A DNA stretch of 64,000 nt, from the NCBI GenBank assembly GCA_031414955.1, contig JANOQV010000146.1, positions 1 to 64,000 of the forward strand, read 5' to 3'. Origin of the DNA: Pedosphaera sp. GTDB taxonomy: Bacteria; Verrucomicrobiota; Verrucomicrobiia; Limisphaerales; SIBH01. The notes under the pieces were generated by a model. It worked only from the letters and a program-made list of their open reading frames with translations. It was not told the DNA's origin and ran no database searches. Made by a program: the position numbers and the translations under genes. Below, one piece after another: positions 10,248 to 19,539 of the stretch; positions within the stretch are counted from its first letter, which is position 1, and each line of letters starts with the position of its first letter.

Positions 10248-10466
10248 ACGAACGCGTTGCTCAGCACTTCGCCGAAGCTGAACCTCGCGCGCAATGGCGA
10301 TTCGTTGTGGCTCTGGTGGACGCTGGGCTATGGCGGGTTCAACGTGCAATCCACCACGAACTTGAATGCGCCCATCGCGTGGTCGCCCGTGACGCCGGCG
10401 GAACTCAACCGGCACACCTTCCAGTCCGCTGAACCCATGAAGTTCTTCCGGATGGTTCAGCCGTAG
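10248..10466 (+). pseudogene. Orphan 3' gene fragment (copy 1) encoding a 72-aa C-terminal STNL..W..FFR domain
   Basis: Open frame TNALLST..MKFFRMVQP-stop just after the cohesin gene stop; no credible start; paralogous to 11348-11566. Confidence 0.7.
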
Positions 10467-10487
10467 CGCCCATCGCCCGGAATTTTT

Positions 10488-10560
10488 AACCACGGATTTC
10501 ACGGATGGGGGAGAAAAGTTCATTCTTCATCATCCGTGTTATCTGCGTCATCCGTGGTTA
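10488..10560. repeat. REP-like palindromic element (CCACGGAT.. / ..ATCCGTGG)
   Basis: aaccacggatttcacggatg ... catccgtgttatctgcgtcatccgtggtt inverted arms; second copy at 11590-11815. Confidence 0.75.
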
Positions 10561-10675
10561 AACATCGGTGCCCCGTGGCGCGTGCGCGTGGATCCGTGAG
10601 GCATCGGAGCAGCTGGCTTGAGGAGTCTCACTTCCTTGTTTGCCGGAAGGCTCCGGCAGCGGTAGTCTTCGCCCC

Positions 10676-10888
10676 ATGAGCGCGCTCAAAGAAAGCATCC
10701 TTCAGAAGCTGGACACGCTGCCGGATCCCGCGTTGCGGCAGGTGCTGGATTTCATGTCGTTCCTCTCTTGGAAAGGTGAGGGCGATGGAGAGTCGGTGCT
10801 GGCGGTGGCCGGCCAGTTATCCGGCCCGCCGATGTCCGCAGTGCAAATCGAAGAGGCACTGTACGGGCCGGACCGGCGGGAGCCGTGA
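10676..10888 (+). CDS. Putative antitoxin (DUF2281-like), partner of the PIN toxin
   Basis: 70-aa ORF MSALKESILQKLDTLP..QVLDF; stop overlaps the toxin start (TGATG). Confidence 0.7.
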   Translation: MSALKESILQKLDTLPDPALRQVLDFMSFLSWKGEGDGESVLAVAGQLSGPPMSAVQIEEALYGPDRREP

Positions 10889-11316
10889 TGAGCCGGCCCA
10901 TTTTTGTCGATACGTGGGGCTGGCTTGCCCTGGGGCATCGTCGCGACTCGCATCACGCGGCCGTGGAGGAAATTTTCCGCACGCGGCTGGCCGTGCCGCA
11001 ATGTGTTCACACGTCGGATTACGTGCTGAATGAGTTGTTCACGTTGTTGTTCCGGAGGGAAAGCCACGCGGAGGCGATGCGGTTCGTGGATGGCATCATG
11101 GCGGATCAGGTCGCAGGCTGGGTGATGATCCACCGGGTGAGTGCGGAGCGGTTCTTCACCGCCCTGGGCCTGCGCCGGCGGTTCCAGGACAAGCCGCTGA
11201 TTTCCTTCACGGACCTCACCACGATGGGGATCATGGCGGAACTGGGAATCCAGGAAGTGCTGACCGAGGACGAGCACTTCCTGCATGTGGGGATGGGGTT
11301 CCAGAGGATTCCGTAG
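10888..11316 (+). CDS. vapC: PIN-domain (VapC-type) toxin ribonuclease
   Basis: IFVDT, VLNE, SFTD, LTEDEHF acidic PIN motifs. Confidence 0.9.
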   Translation: MSRPIFVDTWGWLALGHRRDSHHAAVEEIFRTRLAVPQCVHTSDYVLNELFTLLFRRESHAEAMRFVDGIMADQVAGWVMIHRVSAERFFTALGLRRRFQDKPLISFTDLTTMGIMAELGIQEVLTEDEHFLHVGMGFQRIP

Positions 11317-11347
11317 CGGCAGCGTGATCTTCGAGGAGATCGACATC

Positions 11348-11566
11348 ACGAACGCGCCGCTCAGTGCCTCACCGAAACTGAACCTGGCCTACAATGGCGA
11401 CGTGCTCTGGCTGTGGTGGCCGCTGGGCTACGGCGGGTTCAACGTGCAATCCACCACCAACCTCACGCCACCCGTCACCTGGTCGCCCGTGACGCCGGCG
11501 GAAATTAACCGGCACAGTTTCCATGCTGCCGAACCCATGAAGTTCTTCCGCATGATCCAGCCGTAG
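11348..11566 (+). pseudogene. Orphan 3' gene fragment (copy 2) encoding the same C-terminal domain
   Basis: TNAPLSA..MKFFRMIQP-stop; 58/72 aa identical to copy 1 by manual alignment; the open frame reaches back to the vapC stop without a credible start. Confidence 0.7.
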
Positions 11567-11589
11567 TGGCCGTCGTGCGGAATTATTTG

Positions 11590-11815
11590 ACCACGGATTT
11601 CACGGATGGCGCGGATGGGGAGAAGCAATTCTCCCCATCTTTTTTTATCCGTGTCACCCGGGTCATCTGTGCGTGCCTATCCGGTTGGTTGCCAAAAGCA
11701 GTTCGCGGGCGGAGCGCCGAGCATGGCTCGGCTTGAACATACAGCCTGCCGCCACTTGCCGAGCAATGCTCGGTGCTCCTTGGTCAACCAACCGGATAGG
11801 CACGCATCCGTGGTT
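11590..11815. repeat. Second CCACGGAT REP-like palindrome, interrupted by a nested element
   Basis: accacggatttcacggatgg..atccgtgtc..atccgtggtt arms matching the 10488 element. Confidence 0.7.
11670..11806. mobile_element. MITE/REPIN-like non-autonomous element with perfect 22-bp terminal inverted repeats
   Basis: tgcgtgcctatccggttggttg (11670-11691) and caaccaaccggataggcacgca (11785-11806); internal inverted pair ggagcgccgagcatggctcggc / gccgagcaatgctcggtgctcc. Confidence 0.7.
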
Positions 11816-11946
11816 GAACGCGGTAGTGTTCGAGGCTGGCCTTCGCGTTGGTCCTCCGGCCTGGTTTGCCGGAAGTCCGCCATGCCCATCGCGCTCCCGT
11901 CGCACCAGCAGGAGTTGCGTGGTCGGTGGCGGTGGATTCGGCCTGG

Positions 11947-12708
11947 TCAGTGCGGCCTGCTGGTGTTTCCACTCGGCGCATAAATTTTCTCTAACACACC
12001 TGCCGTCACCCGGTCGTCGTTCAGCCGGAATACGCGGGAGGTGGCCGGCGGGAGTTGGGCCTCGAGGTAGGCGACGAAGGAGAACGTGTCGTGAGATACG
12101 GGGAGCAGAAGTGGCGCTGCGGCGAGGTGGGCGCGGATGAGTTGCTGCGCCCCGTCCCGCTGCGCGGGAGCAGTTTGGGGCGAGACCCGCCCCAGGACGA
12201 AGAAGAAGTCGTTGTCCACGTCCGTTTCGCGTTGATGCCACTTGTGCAGCGCCCCCAGGGTCTGGCACGCGCGCCGCAGTTCATGGAGCGCAGGAACGAA
12301 AGCGCCGGAGTGATAGGGCCAGCCCATGGCCACGGCGATTTCACCACGCAGGGCAAAGGAGCGGGTGAAGGGATGCTCTCCCCCGCTGGTGAAGCCGTGG
12401 TCACGGACGGGGTCGAAACCGCCGAGGCGCACGGCCCAGTCCGGGGCCGATCGGGCACGCAGGAAGCGGAGCAAGCCCTCGAAGTCGATGCACTGCTCCT
12501 GGTCGCGGAAGCGCCGGAAGTTTTCGTTGTGGATGCGCGGGCCGCGGCGTGTGCCTTCGAGTCCGATGATCGTCGCATGAACTTGTTCGAGGGCGTAGGG
12601 CGCGAAGTCGTCGCCGAGTTGTGCCGTCAGCATGGACTGGAACAGTAAGATTCTTTCCGCGAAGGGCGCGGGCTTCGGTCCGTAGTGACTGACGAGTGTG
12701 AGTTGCAT
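11947..12708 (-). CDS. Hypothetical protein (possible 2H-phosphoesterase-like fold)
   Basis: ORF from MQLTLVSHYG; one HxT-type motif (QVHATIIG); fold assignment is weak. Confidence 0.6.
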   Translation of the reverse strand: MQLTLVSHYGPKPAPFAERILLFQSMLTAQLGDDFAPYALEQVHATIIGLEGTRRGPRIHNENFRRFRDQEQCIDFEGLLRFLRARSAPDWAVRLGGFDPVRDHGFTSGGEHPFTRSFALRGEIAVAMGWPYHSGAFVPALHELRRACQTLGALHKWHQRETDVDNDFFFVLGRVSPQTAPAQRDGAQQLIRAHLAAAPLLLPVSHDTFSFVAYLEAQLPPATSRVFRLNDDRVTAGVLEKIYAPSGNTSRPH

Positions 12709-12777
12709 TCGCGTGTTCAGGAATTGGCTCCGGGTTATTCCACTTGCTGCATCGCGGAGCCACCCTAACATCGCGTC

Positions 12778-13254
12778 ATGGAACTGGTCATCACGTTGTT
12801 GGTGGTGGGCGTAATCCTCCTGGTGCTGGAGACGCTCCTGCCGGGAATGATCGCGGGCGTCATCGGCCTGCTCTGTCTGGCGGCGGGTGTCATCACGTCC
12901 TTTGTCACTTTCGGCCCGCAGACAGGCTTTTATGTTTTTGCCGGCGTCACCGTCGCGGTCATCGTGGGGACTTTTATCTGGGCGAAATACTTTCCCGGCA
13001 CGCGCCTGGCCCGGCAGTTCACTTCTAATAAAACTTCGGGCGCGATTGGCACGGACCGCCCGGAATTGCTTGGCCAGACGGGCTTCGCGTTGACGTCGTT
13101 GCGCCCCTCCGGCACGGCCCTTATCCAAGACCGCCGCGTCGATGTGGTGACCGAAGGGGTGATGATCGAGCGCGACACGCCCATCAAGGTGGTGGCCGTG
13201 GAAGGCATGCGCGTGGTGGTGGCCGCAGTTCCAAGCAAACCCATTTCTCAATAA
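12778..13254 (+). CDS. nfeD: Short NfeD-family membrane protein
   Basis: Hydrophobic N-terminus LLVLETLLPG..G; C-terminal OB-type LRPSG..DVVTEG..I..VVAVEGMRVVV; lies upstream of floA. Confidence 0.9.
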   Translation: MELVITLLVVGVILLVLETLLPGMIAGVIGLLCLAAGVITSFVTFGPQTGFYVFAGVTVAVIVGTFIWAKYFPGTRLARQFTSNKTSGAIGTDRPELLGQTGFALTSLRPSGTALIQDRRVDVVTEGVMIERDTPIKVVAVEGMRVVVAAVPSKPISQ

Positions 13255-13272
13255 CCTGAACCCCGAAGCATT

Positions 13273-14319
13273 ATGCAATCATTCCTACTCGCAGAAATCT
13301 CGTTGACCCCCGGGTGGCTCATTCTCTGGGCGCTCGTCTCGCTGGGGTTGCTCATTTTCGTCATCGTCATTGGAACTTTCGCCAGCATCTGGATTCGTGC
13401 TTTTGCTTCCGGGGCCAGCGTCAAGCTGACCGCGCTGGTCACGCTGCGACTCCAGCGGGTACCGGTTGGAATGCTTATTGATGCACGCATCACGGCCGTA
13501 AAGTCCGGGCTGCCCCTGACCATTGATGATCTGTCCGCGCATTATCTTGCGGGCGGCAATGTCGAGATGGTGGTGCTGGCGCTCATCGCGGCCAAGAAGG
13601 CGGGCATCCATCTCGACTTCGACCGAGCTTGCGCCATCGACCTCGCGACCAAGGGCACGGGCAAGACGGTGCTCGAAGCGGTGAAGACCTCGGTGAACCC
13701 GAAGGTCATCGACTGTCCCGCGCCCGTGAGCGGCAAGGTGACCATCGACGCCGTGGCCAAGGACGGCATCGTGATCAAGGCCAAGGCCCGCGTCACCGTG
13801 CGAACCAACTTGGAGCGATTCGTCGGTGGTGCGACCGAGGAAACGATCATCGCGCGCGTGGGCGAGGGCATCGTGACGACCATCGGCTCGGCCAACAGTT
13901 ACAAGGACGTGCTCGAAAATCCTGACCGCATCTCCAAGACCGTGCTGGGCAAGGCGCTCGATTCGCACACGGCGTTTGAAATCCTGTCCATCGACATCGC
14001 CGATCTGGACGTGGGCGAGAACGTGGGCGCGAAATTGCAGGCCGAGCAGGCCGAGGCGAACAAACTTATTGCCCAGGCGCATGCGGAAGTGCGCCGGGCC
14101 GCCGCCGTGGCCACCGAGCAGGAAATGATCGCGCGCGTGGCGGAAATGCGCGCGCGCGTCGTCGAGGCCGAGGCGCAGGTGCCGATGGCGATGGCGGAGG
14201 CTTTCCGCGCCGGTAATCTTGGCATCATGGATTACTACAAGATGAAGAATGTGCAGTCGGACACGGCCATGCGCGACAGCATTGCCGGAGGCGGGAGCAC
14301 GCCGCCGGCCAAATCCTAG
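13273..14319 (+). CDS. floA: Flotillin-like protein FloA (YqfA/UPF0365)
   Basis: [56 protein letters not shown]. Confidence 0.93.
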   Translation: MQSFLLAEISLTPGWLILWALVSLGLLIFVIVIGTFASIWIRAFASGASVKLTALVTLRLQRVPVGMLIDARITAVKSGLPLTIDDLSAHYLAGGNVEMVVLALIAAKKAGIHLDFDRACAIDLATKGTGKTVLEAVKTSVNPKVIDCPAPVSGKVTIDAVAKDGIVIKAKARVTVRTNLERFVGGATEETIIARVGEGIVTTIGSANSYKDVLENPDRISKTVLGKALDSHTAFEILSIDIADLDVGENVGAKLQAEQAEANKLIAQAHAEVRRAAAVATEQEMIARVAEMRARVVEAEAQVPMAMAEAFRAGNLGIMDYYKMKNVQSDTAMRDSIAGGGSTPPAKS

Positions 14320-14324
14320 TGGTT

Positions 14325-14909
14325 ATGGTCGCCGCCATCGGTGGATTCTTCGGTCTCGTCGTCTTCATCATCATTGCGATCATCGCGTCGCTGTTGAAGA
14401 AAAAGCAGGATCGAGAGGAAGCGCCGCCCCCGTTCACTCCGCGTGGCCAGCCTCCGTCGCCGCCTCCGGCCCGCAGTTGGGAGGAGGAGTTACGCCGCGT
14501 GCTTGAGGGGACGGTCCTGCAACCTCCGGTCATGACACCGCCGCCTCCGCCGCGCCCGGTGGTGGGAAGAATGCCTCCGCCGGCTCCTTTCTTTGAGCTG
14601 GATTCGGATGCTGGCCGCATGGCCGTTGACCTGCCCGCGCCGCCTCCGTTCGTAGCCCCGGTCTTTCACCAACTGCCTGGACTCGTGGAGTCGAAGACCC
14701 GATACGCCGGTGCCTCGAGCCTTCAGGGACGCGTCGCCCGGCACATGGCTGCGGTGAGTCTGCACCGTGTCGGGACCACGACGGCGCATCGCGCCGAGAT
14801 CCCGGCCGCGACCTGCGCGGTCGCGCGCTCGCTCCGCACTCCCGCCGGTGTCCGGAGTGCGATTATCGCCTCGATTATTCTGGGGCCGCCGCGCGCTTTG
14901 GAAGGGTAG
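14325..14909 (+). CDS. Pro-rich membrane-anchored protein, third gene of the nfeD-floA operon
   Basis: N-terminal TM, C-terminal AII.S.ILGPPRAL; abuts the floA stop. Confidence 0.7.
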   Translation: MVAAIGGFFGLVVFIIIAIIASLLKKKQDREEAPPPFTPRGQPPSPPPARSWEEELRRVLEGTVLQPPVMTPPPPPRPVVGRMPPPAPFFELDSDAGRMAVDLPAPPPFVAPVFHQLPGLVESKTRYAGASSLQGRVARHMAAVSLHRVGTTTAHRAEIPAATCAVARSLRTPAGVRSAIIASIILGPPRALEG

Positions 14910-15011
14910 GGGAGTTGGGTCGGAAAAGTTGCTCCAGCCCGCCGCCGAGGCGGGGTTGAATCCTTCGGCGGGTGGGAAGTGAGTTGGACGGAAACACAAA
15001 CCGTCTGACCA

Positions 15012-16061
15012 TCAGATTGTCCCGCGCACTTGTTTCACTCCCTCGACCAGGTTCTGCAACTTCTGCTTCGCGGCCCAACGCGCGGTCTGGCTCAGGCCGC
15101 AATCCGGTGCGAAGGAGAGCCGATCGGCGGGCGCGTATTTCAGGCAGGCCCGCACCCGGTTCGCCACGTCCCGCACCGTTTCGATGTAGTAACTCTTTAC
15201 GTCGATGAGGCCGACGGCCACGTCTTTTTTCGCCGCGATGAGCTGGATTAACTCCAACTCGGCAAATTCCCGGCTCGCCATCTCGACGTGAATCTCATCC
15301 ACCTTCAGGTCGAGAAAGGCTGGAAACATGGGCGCGTACTGGCGGGGCCCGACGGCCCGGCCCTTGTAGTTACCGAAGCAGAGGTGCGTGGAGAGATGGC
15401 ACTGGCCGGCGATGGACTCGACGGTGCGGTTGAAAATATCGACAAAGCGTTTCGGGTCTTGCTGGTGGGCGTAGCAACTCATGGAGGGTTCATCGACGGT
15501 GATCTCGTGGCAACCGGCGTGGACCAGCGCATCCAACTCACTGCGCACGATGGGCAGCAAGGCTTCGGTGAGGGCGAAGCGATCTCGATACTGGGCATTC
15601 GGGACGAGGCGTCCGCTCAAAGTGTAGGGGCCGGGGACGCTGGCCTTGAGAGTGGGTGCAGATGGCAAATGGCCGATGGCCGACTGGGCGAGGCGTTGAA
15701 GGCGTTGGAAATCCCCGACCGTGCCGAGGCCGCGCGGGGCGAGCAGGTCGCCCACCACTTTGTGTTTACCACGCTGGTCGTGCGCGGGTGGGCCGAAGCG
15801 GCGCGGCGAAGAGGATTCGAGTTCGATACCCTCGATGAAGCCGTAGAAGGACAGATTGAAATCGAGCCGGGTCTGTTCGCCATCGGTGATGACATCGAGT
15901 CCGGCGTCGAGCTGATCCCGCACCGCAACAGCTACAGCGTCATCCACAAGCTCCGCCCGGTCGGTGTCGCCGAAGCGGTCGAGGTGTTCGCAGGCGAACT
16001 CAAGCCAGGCCGGAAATGGATAGCTGCCGATGACGGTGGTGCGAAGCGGTTGGTCTTTCAT
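15012..16061 (-). CDS. Cobalamin-independent methionine synthase, single-domain (MetE C-terminal / core type)
   Basis: TTVIGSYP, GLDVITDGE, PGPYTL, VDEP, HLCFGN, PDCGL zinc ligands; start MKDQPL at 16061. Confidence 0.88.
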   Translation of the reverse strand: MKDQPLRTTVIGSYPFPAWLEFACEHLDRFGDTDRAELVDDAVAVAVRDQLDAGLDVITDGEQTRLDFNLSFYGFIEGIELESSSPRRFGPPAHDQRGKHKVVGDLLAPRGLGTVGDFQRLQRLAQSAIGHLPSAPTLKASVPGPYTLSGRLVPNAQYRDRFALTEALLPIVRSELDALVHAGCHEITVDEPSMSCYAHQQDPKRFVDIFNRTVESIAGQCHLSTHLCFGNYKGRAVGPRQYAPMFPAFLDLKVDEIHVEMASREFAELELIQLIAAKKDVAVGLIDVKSYYIETVRDVANRVRACLKYAPADRLSFAPDCGLSQTARWAAKQKLQNLVEGVKQVRGTI

Positions 16062-16440
16062 GTGATTGCGACAAGCAGGATGTGCGCTCGGTTGCGTGAG
16101 GGCGAGGACCAAAATCCGGCTGCTCCGGAGTGCGAGCTTTCCAGCCCGCCGCCAAGTGGGGAGGACGAGAAGTTCAGGCGGGAACGAACGCGGCTCAACT
16201 TGGAGAACGGCTCTTGTTCCTCTGGCCCATTCGCCACTCATGGACCCGTCCGATCTGTCGCGTCCGCCTTTGTTCGCCTGAGAAATCCTCAAGCGGGTGT
16301 GATTGCAAATGGCGCTCAGGAACAGCGCACTCCGTCTTCTCGCCGTCTCACCACTTTCAATCGCATCTTCTTGAAGCCAGGCCGGGAACATTTCCTTGCT
16401 TGAACCGTCGACACCGGCTTAATTCACCGCCGCGTGCGCG

Positions 16441-16532
16441 GGAGAGATGGCTGAGTGGTCGAAAGCGACGGTTTGCTAAACCGTTATACGGGTTAAACCG
16501 TATCGGGGGTTCGAATCCCCCTCTCTCCGCCA
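16441..16532 (+). tRNA. tRNA-Ser(GCT)
   Basis: GGAGAGA/TCTCTCC acceptor stem, anticodon arm acggt-ttGCTaa-accgt, long variable arm, GTTCGAATCC T-loop, encoded CCA. Confidence 0.97.
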
Positions 16533-16638
16533 CTTCTTACGCGCCACTAAAACCGGTTTCGATGCCTGTCTCCGATCGTAGGCCAGCCGCTCACCTTGAC
16601 ACTGCCAGCCCCTTCCCAAACACTCCGCCCCTGTTTTT

Positions 16639-18288
16639 ATGGCCGAACCGAAAGAAAATGTGTTGATGGAGAAAATTGTCTCCCTGTGCAAGCGCCGGGG
16701 ATTCATTTACCAGTCGTCGGAAATCTACGGCGGCATCAACGGCTTCTGGGATTACGGTCCGTTGGGCGCGGAGTTGAAGCGCAACGTGAAGGATCTCTGG
16801 TGGCGCGAAATGACCCGCTTGCGCGACGATGTGGTCGGCCTCGAAGCCACCATCATCATGGCTCCGCAAATTTGGCGCGCTTCCGGCCATGTGGATACGT
16901 TCAGCGATCCGATGATCGACTGCAAAACCTGCAAGGGCCGCTTCCGGGCGGACCAGATCGGCGACATTCCCTGTCCCGAGCGGCCGAGCAAGATGGTCAG
17001 CGAGTGTGCCGGAGAAAAAACCGCGGCGCGCGCCTTCAACCTCATGTTCCAAACCCACGTCGGCCCGGTGCAGGACGATTCCGCGGTCGCGTATCTTCGC
17101 CCCGAGACCGCCCAGGCCATCTTTGCCCAGTTCAAAAACGTGCTCGAGACCTCGCGGCAAAAAATCCCGTTCGGTATCGCCCAGACGGGCAAGGCGTTTC
17201 GCAACGAAGTGACGCCGCGCAATTTCACCTTCCGTTCGCGCGAGTTCGAGCAGATGGAGCTGGAGTTCTTCATCAAGCCGGACGAGGCGATTGAGGCCAT
17301 CAGTAGCTCGGTGAACAGTGAAACAGTAACCAGTCATCCGGGCGAGCCGCAGGCGAATTGGGGCTGGAAGATGTGGCACCAGTACTGGGTCGCGGAACGC
17401 GTGCGCTTTTACGAGGGTATCGGACTTTCGCGCGCGTCGCTGGGCTTCCATGTTCAGACGCCGGAGGAATTGGCCCACTACGCACGGGCCACGGTGGACA
17501 TTTTGTTCAAGTTCCCATTCAGCAAAAAGGATGAGCAGGGGAACGTGGCTGGCGACGAACTGGAAGGCATCGCCGCCCGCAGCGACTTCGATCTCAGCCA
17601 GCACGAGCGTTTCAGCGGCAAGCCGATGGGCGTGTTTGACGAGGAGTTGCGCACTGCTTGGACGAAGCTCGATCAGACGAAGAAGGACGACCTCTGGCGT
17701 CGTTACTACGAAGCACGGTTGAACTATCTGACCAAGTGCAACGTGCCGGCGGAGCGCGCGCAGAAGGATGCGCGCGAGGACGCCGACGGTCTGGCCAAGG
17801 GACAGTACATCCCGCACGTCATCGAGCCGTCCGCCGGTGTGGATCGGCTCATCCTCGCCCTCCTCGCGAATGCTTATGCCGAGATGGCGGACCCGGACGA
17901 GAAGGGCAAGAGCGAGTCGCGAGTCATCATGCGGTTCCATCCGCGCGTCGCGCCGATCAAGGTCTGCGTGCTGCCGCTGATGAAGAACAAGCCCGACCTG
18001 GTGCATAAGGCGCTGGCCATTCGAGACACCTTGCGCCCGCACATGAATGTGTTTTTCGACGATGCCGGTTCGATTGGCCGCCGCTACGCCCGCATGGACG
18101 AAGCCGGCACGCCCTTCTGCGTGACGGTGGATTTCGAGACGCTGGAAGGTGTGAAGGAAGGCCCGCTCGTCGGCGAGAAGGACACCGTGACCATCCGTTA
18201 TCGCGGCAACACCGACGAGGAGAACGGCCGGCAGGAGCGCGTGAAGATCGCGGAGCTGCTGGCGGTCTTGCAGCAGAAACTGGGTTGA
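16639..18288 (+). CDS. glyQS: Glycine--tRNA ligase, alpha2 (eukaryote/archaea-like) type
   Basis: KRRGF..SSEIYGG..WDYGPLG, YLRPETAQ, GKAFRNE..PRNF.FR.REFEQME, IEPSAGVDR, anticodon-binding domain SIGRRYAR.DE.GTP. Confidence 0.96.
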   Translation: MAEPKENVLMEKIVSLCKRRGFIYQSSEIYGGINGFWDYGPLGAELKRNVKDLWWREMTRLRDDVVGLEATIIMAPQIWRASGHVDTFSDPMIDCKTCKGRFRADQIGDIPCPERPSKMVSECAGEKTAARAFNLMFQTHVGPVQDDSAVAYLRPETAQAIFAQFKNVLETSRQKIPFGIAQTGKAFRNEVTPRNFTFRSREFEQMELEFFIKPDEAIEAISSSVNSETVTSHPGEPQANWGWKMWHQYWVAERVRFYEGIGLSRASLGFHVQTPEELAHYARATVDILFKFPFSKKDEQGNVAGDELEGIAARSDFDLSQHERFSGKPMGVFDEELRTAWTKLDQTKKDDLWRRYYEARLNYLTKCNVPAERAQKDAREDADGLAKGQYIPHVIEPSAGVDRLILALLANAYAEMADPDEKGKSESRVIMRFHPRVAPIKVCVLPLMKNKPDLVHKALAIRDTLRPHMNVFFDDAGSIGRRYARMDEAGTPFCVTVDFETLEGVKEGPLVGEKDTVTIRYRGNTDEENGRQERVKIAELLAVLQQKLG

Positions 18289-18293
18289 ACACG

Positions 18294-19298
18294 ATGAGCC
18301 TGCCCGCCCGCCTTTCGTACGCCTTTATCGCGCTTTTAATTATCGCGGCGGGCTGGCTTCATCTGGCCACGCCGCTGGTCACGGTGCTGTTTTGTTTCTT
18401 CGCCCTCCATATGCTTTCCATCGGCGGACGCAAGGGGCTGGGCGTGACCCTGTTCGTGATTCTGCTCGCGGGCCTGGGAGTGGGTTTTTTCTTTTTCATC
18501 AAGCAGACCATGGTGGCCCTGCCCAGCATCGCGGAGACGACCATTCCCAAGGTGCTGGAGTGGGCGGAGAAGCAGGGCATTGAACTCCAGTTCACCGATT
18601 ACGCCAGCCTGCGCGCCCTCGCCATCCACACCGTCAAGCAGGAGATCGAAGGCATCGGCAAGCACGCCGGCGTGGCGCTGATCCAGGCCGCGGCCATCCT
18701 CATCGGCATCGTGGTGGCCGTGAGCCTGTTCCTGAACTCGAAGTTTGATCTCGAGGTGGACCAACCGGCCCAGACCAACAATCTCTACACCCTCACGGCG
18801 CATGAGATTGGGAATCGCTTTGAAATATTTTTCAAGAGCTTCGCCACCGTCATGGGCGCGCAGATCACGATCTCCGCCATCAACACGGTGCTCACAGCGG
18901 GGTTTCTCTTCTGGAGTCACATCCCCTACGCCAAAGTTCTCGTTGGCATCACCTTTCTGTGCGGGCTGCTGCCCATCATTGGCAACATCATCAGCAACAC
19001 GCTCATCGTCGGTGTGGCCTTCACCATCTCTCCAAACATGGCGCTCGTCGCCCTGGTCTTCCTGGTCGTGCTGCACAAGACCGAATACTTCCTCAACAGC
19101 AAAATTGTCGGCGACCGCATCCAGAACCCGATGTGGCTCACGCTCATCGGGCTGGTGCTGGGCGAGAAGTTGATGGGCCTGCCGGGCATGATCCTCGCGC
19201 CGGTCATCCTCCATTACATCAAGGTCGAGGCCAAGCGCAGCCGGGTGGCCCGGCACGAGGGCGGAGATAGAATCGTCACCGGGGATCACGCCCCCTGA
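18294..19298 (+). CDS. AI-2E family (PerM/UPF0118) transporter
   Basis: Multi-TM; LLPIIGN, EYFLNSKIVG, GLPGMILAP. Confidence 0.85.
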   Translation: MSLPARLSYAFIALLIIAAGWLHLATPLVTVLFCFFALHMLSIGGRKGLGVTLFVILLAGLGVGFFFFIKQTMVALPSIAETTIPKVLEWAEKQGIELQFTDYASLRALAIHTVKQEIEGIGKHAGVALIQAAAILIGIVVAVSLFLNSKFDLEVDQPAQTNNLYTLTAHEIGNRFEIFFKSFATVMGAQITISAINTVLTAGFLFWSHIPYAKVLVGITFLCGLLPIIGNIISNTLIVGVAFTISPNMALVALVFLVVLHKTEYFLNSKIVGDRIQNPMWLTLIGLVLGEKLMGLPGMILAPVILHYIKVEAKRSRVARHEGGDRIVTGDHAP

Positions 19299-19539
19299 CA
19301 TGGATTCCTCTCGCCGGCCCCGGCCGAAGACTGATCGAGCGCCGACGCTCTACCTCATCATTGCGGTCAAGCACCACCCACGCCTCACCCCGGCGCGCTG
19401 AGGACTGCATCGCCTTACCTGTCACTCTCGCTGGACAGGCTTGCCAGCAAGAACAGTGTTCAGATGCATCCGTCGGGCGCACCGCCGGTACTCAGTAATC
19501 GCTTTTCCCGGAACCAGTCACTAGCCTCCGCCCGCAACC

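Noticed and set aside
16062..16400. Canonical SAM-I or cobalamin riboswitch
   Set aside because: Core consensus elements were not found by eye; only a weak SAH-like resemblance is reported as a low-interest finding.
16441..16532. tRNA-Ser as the attachment site of an island carrying the PKS cluster
   Set aside because: No integrase and no duplicated tRNA 3' end noticed; glyS follows directly.
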